In this document: piece after piece, positions 30,496-40,321 of the stretch
How the letters are laid out: every line of letters starts with the position of its first letter
Numbering within the stretch: the stretch's first letter is position 1
DNA from: an uncultured Pseudobdellovibrionaceae bacterium
GTDB taxonomy: Bacteria; Bdellovibrionota; Bdellovibrionia; Bdellovibrionales; UBA1609
Length of the DNA: 64,000 nt
Reading direction: 5' to 3'
Assembly: GCA_963803705.1 (NCBI GenBank)
Contig: CAWDNU010000001.1
Span: forward strand, 646,785-710,784
The notes under the pieces: model-generated
Databases searched by the model: none
Seen by the model: the letters and a program-made list of their open reading frames with translations, nothing else
What the model was told of the DNA's origin: nothing
Program-made: the position numbers and the translations under genes

Positions 30496-31224
30496 ATGAC
30501 TTCGACAATTGCTAATAAAACTTTATTAAGATTCTTACGCACAAAAACAGTATTGATTTTTTTAGTTCTGTCTACAATCGGTTGTGGTTATTTTGAATCC
30601 CGGGCCTTCAGGGTTGCTATTGAACAAAAAAACTGTGATATCGCAAAAAACCTATTACTTCGCTCGCTGAAGAAGGATCTGAACAACCAATCTGCACAAT
30701 ATAATCTGGCTCAAACATTTGTTTGCTCCGGAGATTTGGTTTCTGCTTTAAAGCACATTAAAATTTTGCTAAAAAACAACAGTGCTTTTCAGTTCGAGTT
30801 ATTGTACTTGCAAGGTTTTATTTTAGGACAAACTGGCGAGATAGATGATGCGTTATCAAGTTATCAAAGGGCCTTAGATATTCGCTCGAACATAGAGATA
30901 AAACAAAATATGGAATTGCTTTTAAAAAACAGCAAGTCCGGTAAAAAGGGAAAGAAGAAAAAAGGTAAGGGTAAGAACAGCGATAAATCACAAGCTGATA
31001 AAAATGCCGATGGTGAGCAAAAAGACCCGAAGCGTGAAAGCAAAGATCCTAGATCTGATTCACAAAGCCAGCAAGATCCCAAGAACAATAAGTCACAAAA
31101 GATGAGTCAAAAGCAAATCGAAAAAATTATGAAAGAGATAGACTCAGATGAAAAAAAAGTAAGGTCTCAAGGATTAAAAATTAAATCTGAAAAAGGAGGG
31201 TCTAGTAGTGAAAAAAACTGGTAG
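30496..31224 (+). CDS. batC: BatC-like TPR protein
   Basis: TPR repeats (AQYNLA, ALSSYQRAL), Q/D/K-rich linker, C-terminal ..KNW. Confidence 0.75.
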   Translation: MTSTIANKTLLRFLRTKTVLIFLVLSTIGCGYFESRAFRVAIEQKNCDIAKNLLLRSLKKDLNNQSAQYNLAQTFVCSGDLVSALKHIKILLKNNSAFQFELLYLQGFILGQTGEIDDALSSYQRALDIRSNIEIKQNMELLLKNSKSGKKGKKKKGKGKNSDKSQADKNADGEQKDPKRESKDPRSDSQSQQDPKNNKSQKMSQKQIEKIMKEIDSDEKKVRSQGLKIKSEKGGSSSEKNW

Positions 31225-33025
31225 CTTTCTAGGTTTAATACTTGGCATCTGCATAAACTCTAGTCCGCTTTTAGCTGCAAATATAAAAACCAAGATTTCT
31301 CAAGACAAAGTCAAAGTTGGCGACGTATTCACTGTATCCGTAGAAGTTAGATTCAAAGATGGTCTTAAGCCAGATCTATCCATATATGAGGTACCTAAGG
31401 ATCCTTTGATATCATTTTTACAGCAGTCTACTTCGCAGTCTTACAGTACTATTACAAGAAATGGTGTCACTGAGACAAAGAAAATTGTCGCTTTAAATAT
31501 GGTTTTTTTTGCAAAAAGCAAAGGTACGGCTACGATCTCGCAAGTCAAACTAAGAATAAATAACAAAGTCTTTGCAGCCAAAGGCTTCAAAATAGAAATC
31601 GTAGCGAAAAATTCCAAGTCTCAAAATCAAGCACAGAATAATCAAGTGAATAGTATTGAAGATATGTTGAACAACTTTTTTGGCAATCAATCTGGCCGTG
31701 ATTTCGGTTTCAGTAATCAAGCGAAATCTGATTTAGATTTTTTTGTTGATGTGGAAACCAGTACTATGAACCCATATTACTCTGAACAATTTGTAGCGAA
31801 GTGGTACTTGTACACCAATGGAAGAGTGACTGACATTGACACTCTAAAATACCCAGCGTTGCAAGGATTTTGGAAAGATGAAATTCTTCTTGCAACTTCT
31901 CTAACCCCTGAAAGCGTTCGAAGAGGAGATAAGGTTTACACAAGGTATTTATTAGCAAGTTATGCCATTACCCCAATCGTCAATGAGCAAGCTTTTATTG
32001 ATCCCTACGAGGTTAAATGCCAGTTGGTTGGTGGTTTCTTTAGCTTTGGTTCAAAAGAGTTTGTAAGAAAAAGTGACGAAGTTTTAATAAAAATTAAGCC
32101 CTTACCACTTGATAGGCCCCCTGGTTTTACGGGTGCCGTGGGTGACTTTAAAGTTTCTGGTTTTATCCAGGATAGGTCATTTAAGGTAGGTCAGCCATTT
32201 ACTTATATTTTGAGGGTTCAAGGCAAGGGTCAGTTAAAGTTCATGGAGCTGCCAGATTTAAGCTTAGAAGAAGACAGTTTCACCATCTATGATATAGCAG
32301 AAGAAAGTCAGTTTAAGCCCCCAGAGCGTTCTATTCGAACATACAAAATTCTTGTTGTGCCTCAAAAACCGGGCGAGCTAGTCTTGCCTGAAGTTGAATT
32401 TTTCTTTTTTGATCCAAAAAAATCAGAGTTCTATTCAGCAAATACGAAGTCTATTCAGGTAAGTGTCGATGAAGGTGATAATATCCAACAAGATATTGTA
32501 TCTGTGGATAAAAGCTCTTTAAAGGCTAAGTTTCAGCCCCAACTTTTTTCAAAAGTATCTGGTTCACCTATAGCTTTTACAATTTCAAGTTTTTACTCAT
32601 ATGCCGCATGTTTTATCGCACTTTTTTTTAGCCTAGGTTTTGTATTTATTAGCTATTTAAAATCTCAGGTAGTCTACGATTTTGACAAAGATATTAAACA
32701 TCGTTTTGATGCTCTTGAAGCCTTAATAAATTCCAATGAATGGCGTCAGGCTTCGATTCAGGCGGTTAATATAGTTTATTTCTTTGCCAATGCGAAGTCT
32801 AAGAAAAAGCCGCGTAGTCAAAGACTAGACGATATTCTAATCGTTTTGCCAGTGGGGTTACGCCGAGGAATTGAGACTACAATTAGGTCGTTAAATGCTG
32901 ATTTACAGAAGTACAGCTTTGCTCCGGAAAGTCTTATTGAAAATACAGATATTAAAGCAAAAGTTTTAGAAAAGTGCCTTGCATTGAAAGAGCTTCTCGA
33001 GAGATCATCTAAGGATGATTTTTAA
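31208..33025 (+). CDS. batD: BatD-family protein
   Basis: Signal peptide, Ig-like repeats, PLP..P.GFTGAVG.F motif, FFDP, C-terminal TM. Confidence 0.85.
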   Translation: MKKTGSFLGLILGICINSSPLLAANIKTKISQDKVKVGDVFTVSVEVRFKDGLKPDLSIYEVPKDPLISFLQQSTSQSYSTITRNGVTETKKIVALNMVFFAKSKGTATISQVKLRINNKVFAAKGFKIEIVAKNSKSQNQAQNNQVNSIEDMLNNFFGNQSGRDFGFSNQAKSDLDFFVDVETSTMNPYYSEQFVAKWYLYTNGRVTDIDTLKYPALQGFWKDEILLATSLTPESVRRGDKVYTRYLLASYAITPIVNEQAFIDPYEVKCQLVGGFFSFGSKEFVRKSDEVLIKIKPLPLDRPPGFTGAVGDFKVSGFIQDRSFKVGQPFTYILRVQGKGQLKFMELPDLSLEEDSFTIYDIAEESQFKPPERSIRTYKILVVPQKPGELVLPEVEFFFFDPKKSEFYSANTKSIQVSVDEGDNIQQDIVSVDKSSLKAKFQPQLFSKVSGSPIAFTISSFYSYAACFIALFFSLGFVFISYLKSQVVYDFDKDIKHRFDALEALINSNEWRQASIQAVNIVYFFANAKSKKKPRSQRLDDILIVLPVGLRRGIETTIRSLNADLQKYSFAPESLIENTDIKAKVLEKCLALKELLERSSKDDF

Positions 33026-35261
33026 AGCACTCGGTATTTCAAATGTAAAAGCTGTTAATGCCACATTTGTCTACTTTCTATTTTTAAATTTAAGTTTTGC
33101 TAATTCTGATCAAAAAATAAGTTTTCTAGATCAGAAAATAGCTGAAATTAAATTGATAAACACAAGTGACCCTGACCTTGAGCTAACTTACAAAACAATC
33201 TCATATTATAAAAAAAATCAGTATTTGGAATGTTCTGAACAAGCCACTAAAAATTTAAATTTGGAAAACAGCAAAAATGTTTTTAACTCGTTTGATTATA
33301 TGTACGGAGTAAAATGCTTCGTAAAGCTAGACGAAAAGAATAAATTAAAAACCGAACATGTTAAATCATGGTTGAAGATCTACTTTGATTACAATGCAGA
33401 CGAGATCACAAAGAATTTTCATGGACCTGAAATGGCACTATACTTAGATTACAGATTGAAATTGAGCGAAGTGCTATTTGAAAAATTTGAGACCCTAGAT
33501 TTAAATGCGATCCAGATAGACCAACTAGTGTCTACTTTGAAAAGATCTAAAAAGAACGAAATCAAAAGTAAGTTGTTTCTATTTTTACTGAATAAAAATG
33601 AGCAGGAAGAAGCAAAGTCATATTTGCTAGAATCGGATCCGAAATTACTGAACCTCTCTACTCTGAAAGTTTTAAGCGAATATTTTAAAGATGACATCTT
33701 TTCTGGAAGAATAGCTGACATTGAATCTTCAAAAAAGGAATCTCGAGACTTAAAAAATCTTTACAACAGAAAGAAAAATAAGGAATTTTTGAGCAAAATA
33801 GCTCAAGTTGAATTAGTTAAGAAGAAAGAACTGAATTTAGCCTCTCGGCAATTAGGCTGGCTGTTCGTAAGAGGATGCAAAGAATTCAAAGATGCTGTGG
33901 TGAAAGATTTTGACTCATATCATATCAACCCTCATCAATTTTTTTGGGTTTTGTCGAACCAAGGTTACTTTGCAGAAATTATTTCAACTTACAATAGGCT
34001 TGGCGAATCCAAAAAAGAAAAGCATCTGTCGATGGCTTTAAAAGCTTATTTGTATTCTGGTCAGTACCCACTTGGGTACAAGCTTGTAAAATCAAAAAAT
34101 ATTATTGCAAGTTACGAAAACACCAAACCGGCAATTCTTTTTTATTCAACTTTGATTTTATTAAGATTGAACAAGAACAAACTGGCTTTAAATTATTGTG
34201 AATCCCTTATAAAAAAAGATTCTAAATTCAAACTGCAAGCTTTATATATAAAATATAACCTTTTCAAAGAGCAAAAAAATAATCAATACAAAACAGTAGC
34301 CAAAGATTTGGTCGCACTGTACCCGCTAACTTTCTATGGGCTAGTGGTCGCTCATGTTGAAAAGCTTACTTCATTATTACCATTCATAGGTAGTGCCGAA
34401 TTAAACCCCGATGGTTTTAAGTTTGAATTGAAAGATGAAAGGCGTAAGCTTAAACATATGGTTTTTTTGTTCGACAAAGAACTAGACAATAGCTTTAGAA
34501 AGTTCATGCAAAATACCGTTTATTCACTGTCATTTGAATCTCAAATCTTGTGGGCATACCAATATAAAATTGAAAACGAACCTTTAAACGCTATTAAATT
34601 GATGAATCAAGTTTGGACTTCACGCCAAGATTTAATCCACCCTGATGTTATACCCATCGCGTACCCCAAAGATTATTTAGATTCGGTTAAAAAGCATTCT
34701 GTCTCTGGCATTGATCCCTACTTAGTCTTAGGCCTTATACGGCAAGAGAGTGCATTTCAGAAAAATGCGAAAAGCGCTTCCAGTGCCAGGGGACTTATGC
34801 AGTTATTGACAGGGACTGCAAGAGAGATGGCAAGATCCCTACGCATGCGAAGCGTCTCATTGCCTTGGGGCTTATATACACCAGAGATAAATATTAAGCT
34901 TGGAAGTTTTTATTTACAACGACGGATCAGCGCTTACAAGGGGCACGTTCCACTAGCTTTAGCATCTTATAATGTTGGACCAGGCCGGCTTAGCAAGTGG
35001 TCATCGGATCGTAATATTATTACTGTTGCTCAGGAAAATATAAGCAGCAATGATTGGCGAGAACAAGACCTATGGGTCGAAGAGATGCCTTGGAATGAAA
35101 CTAGATTTTATGTAAAAGCAGTTCTGCGAAATTATCTTTTGTATAAAATTTTCGAAAATTATAAACCATTAAAAGAGTGCTTCCGCATTTGGAACTGCCA
35201 CCAAAATGGGGAAATCGATAAGACAGCCAACAAATCGTCAAGATCATTTAGAAAGTACTAA
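33015..35261 (+). CDS. slt: Soluble lytic transglycosylase (Slt70-like, helical N-terminus)
   Basis: YPLTFYG, GLIRQESAF, ARGLMQL, ASYNVGPG, ETRFYVKAV. Confidence 0.88.
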   Translation: MIFKALGISNVKAVNATFVYFLFLNLSFANSDQKISFLDQKIAEIKLINTSDPDLELTYKTISYYKKNQYLECSEQATKNLNLENSKNVFNSFDYMYGVKCFVKLDEKNKLKTEHVKSWLKIYFDYNADEITKNFHGPEMALYLDYRLKLSEVLFEKFETLDLNAIQIDQLVSTLKRSKKNEIKSKLFLFLLNKNEQEEAKSYLLESDPKLLNLSTLKVLSEYFKDDIFSGRIADIESSKKESRDLKNLYNRKKNKEFLSKIAQVELVKKKELNLASRQLGWLFVRGCKEFKDAVVKDFDSYHINPHQFFWVLSNQGYFAEIISTYNRLGESKKEKHLSMALKAYLYSGQYPLGYKLVKSKNIIASYENTKPAILFYSTLILLRLNKNKLALNYCESLIKKDSKFKLQALYIKYNLFKEQKNNQYKTVAKDLVALYPLTFYGLVVAHVEKLTSLLPFIGSAELNPDGFKFELKDERRKLKHMVFLFDKELDNSFRKFMQNTVYSLSFESQILWAYQYKIENEPLNAIKLMNQVWTSRQDLIHPDVIPIAYPKDYLDSVKKHSVSGIDPYLVLGLIRQESAFQKNAKSASSARGLMQLLTGTAREMARSLRMRSVSLPWGLYTPEINIKLGSFYLQRRISAYKGHVPLALASYNVGPGRLSKWSSDRNIITVAQENISSNDWREQDLWVEEMPWNETRFYVKAVLRNYLLYKIFENYKPLKECFRIWNCHQNGEIDKTANKSSRSFRKY

Positions 35262-35425
35262 AATCTAAAAACATGTTGGCAGCCTGACTAAAAGCCTTGT
35301 TGTGATTGATAATAACTGCTTCGGTTCAAGGTTTAAGTACAGGTTTTCGACGGACCTAATTATGCATTACTTATTGTTTCCAAGTTTAATATAGAGTAAT
35401 CTATAAGTTCACTCTGGGGGCATAA

Positions 35426-36823
35426 ATGCTTTTTGTTAGACTATTTTTTACATTATTTATTTTTTCAGGTTGTGTGCACTCACCAGAATTTGAAAGTCGA
35501 GCCCCGAAATATAATCAACCCCAAATCAATCGAACTGACAGTGGTTTAGTCGAGTCCCTGCCGAACAAAAATAAAACTTTATTAGAAAATGAAATGAAAG
35601 TGGGCGCGTTGGACGTTACAGCCGGTGAAGCTGAAAAAATAGAGCAACTTCCTAAGCCAAATCCTCTTGCACTTCATGACCTTTTGACAGTTCCACCTAT
35701 GGGTCAGCCTATGGTCCAAAAGTGGGTTAATTACTTTCAAGGTCGTGGTCGACCTCACATGGAAAGGTATTTATCTAGACTCGGCCGTTATGAAACTTTC
35801 ATGACTGACATTTTAATTCAAGAAGGTGTCCCCAAGGAACTTATCTATGTTGCCTTAATCGAGTCTGGATTTAATAAGCACGCCCACTCTCATGCAAGCG
35901 CAGTTGGGTACTGGCAATTTATCAGAGGCACTGGACGTGGGTATGGTTTGACTATCAACTCTTTGGTTGATGAAAGAAAGAATCCAGAGCTGGCCACTAA
36001 AGCTGCAGCTCAATACTACAAGGCTTTATTTAAAGTTTTTGGTTCATGGCCTTTGGCTTTGTCCTCGTATAATGCTGGCGAAAATCGTGTGATGAGAGCG
36101 ATTATGAGAAACTACACCAGAGACTTTTGGACTTTGGCTCTAAATAAGCAACTACCAAGAGAAACTGCCAATTACTTTCCAAAATTTGTGGCAGCATCAC
36201 TGATTTGCAAAGACCCTAAAGCTTATGGTTTTTCACATGTGGAAAGACAGCCGGAAATTGCTTTTGACACTATTCAAATTAAAAGTGGTATCAGTATTTC
36301 TAAACTTGCCAAGAATTTAAATATTGGAAAAGAAGACCTTCGAGATTTAAATCCTTCGTTTAACACAGACTTCGTACCAATTTATAAAGGAAGCGCGACT
36401 GAGTTCAGAGTTCCAGCGGGCTACGCCAGTCGAGCTGTTGCGGCACTTGACGATAGTGCTTCTAAAAGTAAGTACTATGCCCATACTAGTGAGTCCGTAC
36501 ATAGGGTTAGACGTGGTGACAGCTTGTACAGAATCGCTAGACGCTATGGAACTTCAATTCGGGTATTAATGTCCGAAAATAACTTATCAAAGCGATCGAC
36601 AATTTATCCTGGGATGAAGATAAAAATCCCTTCTCAGAAAAGAGTCGCAGCTGCCGCATACAGAAACTATAACAAAGGTTCTAAAGTCTACAAAGTACGT
36701 CGAGGTGACACCTTGTCGGGAATAGCCAGTAGATATCGTATAGGCTTGTCTAAACTAGCTCGTCTAAACGGGTTGAGCGTTCGGACGCGCGTAAGAATTG
36801 GCCAAAGGCTTCGCATTCCCTAA
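35426..36823 (+). CDS. mltD: MltD-like lytic transglycosylase lipoprotein with LysM domains
   Basis: FSGC lipobox; LIESGF, AVGYWQF, SYNAGE, ETANY; two C-terminal LysM domains (VRRGDSL, VRRGDTL). Confidence 0.9.
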   Translation: MLFVRLFFTLFIFSGCVHSPEFESRAPKYNQPQINRTDSGLVESLPNKNKTLLENEMKVGALDVTAGEAEKIEQLPKPNPLALHDLLTVPPMGQPMVQKWVNYFQGRGRPHMERYLSRLGRYETFMTDILIQEGVPKELIYVALIESGFNKHAHSHASAVGYWQFIRGTGRGYGLTINSLVDERKNPELATKAAAQYYKALFKVFGSWPLALSSYNAGENRVMRAIMRNYTRDFWTLALNKQLPRETANYFPKFVAASLICKDPKAYGFSHVERQPEIAFDTIQIKSGISISKLAKNLNIGKEDLRDLNPSFNTDFVPIYKGSATEFRVPAGYASRAVAALDDSASKSKYYAHTSESVHRVRRGDSLYRIARRYGTSIRVLMSENNLSKRSTIYPGMKIKIPSQKRVAAAAYRNYNKGSKVYKVRRGDTLSGIASRYRIGLSKLARLNGLSVRTRVRIGQRLRIP

Positions 36824-36841
36824 GTAGCTAGTGGTGCTCTG

Positions 36842-36881
36842 GCTAAAGCTAAAGCTAAAGCTAAAACTAAAACTAAAACTA
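36842..36881 (+). repeat. Compound hexanucleotide tandem repeat
   Basis: (GCTAAA)4(ACTAAA)2ACTA. Confidence 0.85.
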
Positions 36882-37007
36882 GGACTTCAAAGGATATCTT
36901 TTCATAAGCCTTAATAAGCTTCTGGACGCTTGCCAGGGCCGAACTTAGACTTGCGGTCGGCTCAAGGATTTGCTACTACAGTGAACCAGCTGTAGGGGGC
37001 TAAAGCG

Positions 37008-37712
37008 TTGAAAGTATTTGTATATTATTTAATCTTAACGATATCAGCCACTACTACTTTAGCTGACAGTTTTGGTCAGGATCAGCTTTTAGAACTAGAA
37101 GCTGCTACGTCTTGGTCTGAAGCTAGGGATCTTTGTAGATCTTATGGCTCCCAATGGGATTTGCCGGTGGTGAGCGACATAACAGAGGCAAGGATTCCGT
37201 CTGAAAAGTTGAGCAAAATCAACTATAAAACTTTAGATTCAGAAGTAACGGAAACTTACAATTTGGTGTGGATCAGATCTGCAGAGGAATCACTGAATGA
37301 GCAATTGATGAAGACCTCGGAAGCTTTAGTGTCTTATTCCAATAAAAAGGCTATAGAAAGCTTAAGTATTACCGCCGAAAGAATAGAAGCTAACAAAGCA
37401 AGGCTTGAACAGCTCAACTTCAGTTTTGAACAGCTGTCCCGATCTAGCGATGACCAATACAAATTACTAAATTTTTTAGAGTCTTACAGCAATACAAAAA
37501 CTGGATTGCGCTACCCAATAGATTCAGACCTTCCCCTGGCGGAGCAACCAATTTATATTAAAATGCTTCCACCTAGTTTATTCCCAGATGATATTTTAGA
37601 AATTTTGCTAAAGCCAAGTCAAAGATATTTATATCTTTTAATAGAAAACTTAAGTTATGAATTAGATGCGCTGTCAGAAGGACTGCCGACAATCTGTGTC
37701 CAGCAAAATTAG
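37008..37712 (+). CDS. Secreted hypothetical protein with split C-type-lectin/DUF1566-like motifs
   Basis: Signal peptide; SWSEARDLC..GSQWDLP near the N-terminus, VW, and TICVQ at the C-terminus. Confidence 0.55.
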   Translation: MKVFVYYLILTISATTTLADSFGQDQLLELEAATSWSEARDLCRSYGSQWDLPVVSDITEARIPSEKLSKINYKTLDSEVTETYNLVWIRSAEESLNEQLMKTSEALVSYSNKKAIESLSITAERIEANKARLEQLNFSFEQLSRSSDDQYKLLNFLESYSNTKTGLRYPIDSDLPLAEQPIYIKMLPPSLFPDDILEILLKPSQRYLYLLIENLSYELDALSEGLPTICVQQN

Positions 37713-37720
37713 TTTAATAT

Positions 37721-37741
37721 TAGGGCCTGTGGAAGATTCAT
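37721..37741 (+). repeat. Copy of dispersed intergenic repeat (solo end)
   Basis: TAGGGCCTGTGGAAGATTCAT between convergent genes. Confidence 0.75.
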
Positions 37742-37762
37742 TGATGAGGCTACCAGCTAATG

Positions 37763-38413
37763 CTAATTATCCAGCGAATTTTTCTTTAATCTGTAACCTG
37801 CACTCCGAATGGTTTCGATCACGTAGTTTAAAGGAGCAATTTTTTTTCTAATTTTATTTATATGAACATCTAAGCTTCGACTATGATCTTGCTCAAGCAA
37901 GTTTTCTCTGTTAACAAACTCATCGATATTATTATAGAGCTGTTCAAATATTTTGAATTCTAGATTTGTTAAGAACACTTCTTGATCGCCGACTTTTATA
38001 ATCCTGTTTTCTTTTTTTACTATTAAATCTTGATTAGCTAGGTTCAAATTTTGTGCTAAAATTTTATTTATTTTTAGCGTCAAAATATCAGGGTGAAATG
38101 GCTTCGAGATGAAATCATCTGCTCCTAGTTTAAGCGCATCAACAATATTTTCTGAAGAGTTTGAACCTGAAATCATTATGATGGGTATTTTGGAGTCTAT
38201 TTTTCGAATTGATCTAATGAGCTCGTTACCATTCGTGCCTGGCAAATTACGATCTGTGATTATCAGGTGAGGTTCAATAGATGAAAATTTAAAAATGAAA
38301 TCTTCGTAAGTCCTGAACTCATGGGATTCAAAATTAAGGTCAGTACACATAGAACCTAATAGCTGTAAAAGCTCGATTTCATCTTCAATAATAGCAATTC
38401 TTTGTTTTTCCAT
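37763..38413 (-). CDS. OmpR-family DNA-binding response regulator
   Basis: IIEDE, ITDRNLPG, GADDFISKPF, LTNLEF, RSLDVHINKIRKK, ETIRSAGY. Confidence 0.92.
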   Translation of the reverse strand: MEKQRIAIIEDEIELLQLLGSMCTDLNFESHEFRTYEDFIFKFSSIEPHLIITDRNLPGTNGNELIRSIRKIDSKIPIIMISGSNSSENIVDALKLGADDFISKPFHPDILTLKINKILAQNLNLANQDLIVKKENRIIKVGDQEVFLTNLEFKIFEQLYNNIDEFVNRENLLEQDHSRSLDVHINKIRKKIAPLNYVIETIRSAGYRLKKNSLDN

Positions 38414-38719
38414 ACTTTTGAGTATAAGAGGATTTGGGGATTTTTTTATCTTTATCAGGCTTAAATTTCAAATTTCCAGACTTAGGTGATCGCTCACTCT
38501 AATCTGGAACAGACCTTTATGGATTTATCTGTAAGTTGCACATTTTCAATTGGGTCAACAGATCTAACTAGTCCTTTAAATTCAGCTAAGGAGTTATAAG
38601 AATCAAAACAGCCATGCAATGGAGTGTCTTATCATGAGTCAAGTTTCTTAATAAAATCAAGGTTTACCGTCTTCTAGACCAAAAATCTTAATAAAATAGC
38701 GATTATTTTAATATTTTGT

Positions 38720-38746
38720 TAAGATTCGAAGTTAAAGCACCGATAC
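38720..38746 (+). promoter_or_regulatory. Sigma28/FliA-like promoter upstream of the PA14 lipoprotein
   Basis: TAAG-N15-ACCGATAC. Confidence 0.55.
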
Positions 38747-38764
38747 TTTAATATGGGGTGCAAA

Positions 38765-40312
38765 ATGAATTATAGAACGTCAATTGTCAAAATCGTAAAC
38801 CTAGCTTGTTTCACGCTTCTTCTTGCAAACTGTGGGTGGCAGGATAATCTTTTGGGCACGGAAAGTAGCTCGTCAGATTATAACTTAGTCAGTGGTAATC
38901 CCCCTACAACTCAGTTTGAAGTAAGCATTGAAAAAGGCACTCTTTTGAATACTTGTGCTGTGGATCAACAAGATTTAACAATTCAAGGCTCAATGTGTTT
39001 CGAAGTTGTCTTCGAAAGGGCGCCAGCTACTCTTACTTCGTCAGATTTTATTTTGACTCAACCCGGTTTAAACGCAACCTTAAGTTTAATCGCCAGTGCT
39101 GACCCGCTAGTATTTAGCGTTATAGTTCAAAATTATAATTTAAATGGTTCAGACGACGGAATCTATTCGTTAGGTATTCCTGCAAATACTTTGGTTGATA
39201 ATTTTGGTAACCAAAACTTAGCATCGACGTCTTCTGACGGTAATGTCGAAGTGTCCCAATATGTTCAAATTCAAGCTGCCGAAATTACTAGTAGTGGTGG
39301 ATCGCTAGCTGATGACAGTTGCCAGGGTCTAGATCTGCAAGTTTGGTCTCAAACAGGTTTATCTAGTTTAAATACATTTTTTTCTGGCTCACCGGGGCTA
39401 CCACCAGCAAGTCCAGTTATAAGTGGTCTAGTCGATAATATGTTAAATGATGATCATTTGGAGTTTAGACCTTCGGCAGACAACTATGTCATGAGATGGG
39501 TGGGCTTTATTGAAATTCAGAATGCAGGTAACTACAGATTTAGAACTCGTTCTGATGATGGTTCAAGATTCTATGTAAATGGAGCGCGTGTTGTAGATAA
39601 TGATGGACTACATGGCAACCGAACCAGGACTAGTTCTAACATTGCTTTGACAGCTGGTAGACACGCGGTTGAGCTTCAGTTCTTTGAAAGAACTGGAGGA
39701 CACAATATCATATTTACTTATAGCGGACCAGATACTTCTGGGTCTTACGCATCTCCTACCAGCGAGTCACTTCAACCATCAAATTGTCCAGCTATTACTT
39801 CGATTGATAAAAGTATGGTTAATCCATACTGGGTTGGCCAAGTGGGTTACAACCAAGCTTTATCTGGTGTTGTCAGAGACGACTCTATTCAAAAGCATAT
39901 TAAAGTAGGAATTGATGAAGATGATTTAGTTCAGGTAAATGTTGGGTCAGATATAAATGGCACCACAGCCTTATCTGCAAACAACCTTAGCGCATTGTCT
40001 GCCCATGATGGACTAAGTTTATCTTTGATTAACACTTTGGGTTCAACCACTTTTGGTAATGCACTACTGACTATGGACCGAAGTTGGAGGCTAGAGTGTA
40101 GCTCTGCAAGTGATCAGATTACTTTGCAAATTCCAACTTCGGGTGTTGATTCTGCCGTTAACTCAATCATTTTTTCTACCGATAGTAACTTCAGCGCAGA
40201 TGTCAAAAATGTTTTGCTAAGCGAGTTGTCAGGGCGAAAAGCAGTGACATTTCGATGCTCCGATTTCGGGTCTAATATTCAGTACTTTACATTTGGTCAA
40301 TACAATCTCTAG
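38765..40312 (+). CDS. PA14-domain lipoprotein with Ig-like N-terminal domain
   Basis: LLANC lipobox; Big-like segment (IPANTLVDNFGNQN); PA14 motif RWVGFIEI..GNYRFRTRSDDGSRFYVNG..VVDNDGLHG..GRHAVELQFFE; GGGG RBS before ATG 38765. Confidence 0.85.
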   Translation: MNYRTSIVKIVNLACFTLLLANCGWQDNLLGTESSSSDYNLVSGNPPTTQFEVSIEKGTLLNTCAVDQQDLTIQGSMCFEVVFERAPATLTSSDFILTQPGLNATLSLIASADPLVFSVIVQNYNLNGSDDGIYSLGIPANTLVDNFGNQNLASTSSDGNVEVSQYVQIQAAEITSSGGSLADDSCQGLDLQVWSQTGLSSLNTFFSGSPGLPPASPVISGLVDNMLNDDHLEFRPSADNYVMRWVGFIEIQNAGNYRFRTRSDDGSRFYVNGARVVDNDGLHGNRTRTSSNIALTAGRHAVELQFFERTGGHNIIFTYSGPDTSGSYASPTSESLQPSNCPAITSIDKSMVNPYWVGQVGYNQALSGVVRDDSIQKHIKVGIDEDDLVQVNVGSDINGTTALSANNLSALSAHDGLSLSLINTLGSTTFGNALLTMDRSWRLECSSASDQITLQIPTSGVDSAVNSIIFSTDSNFSADVKNVLLSELSGRKAVTFRCSDFGSNIQYFTFGQYNL

Positions 40313-40321
40313 GACGTAATT

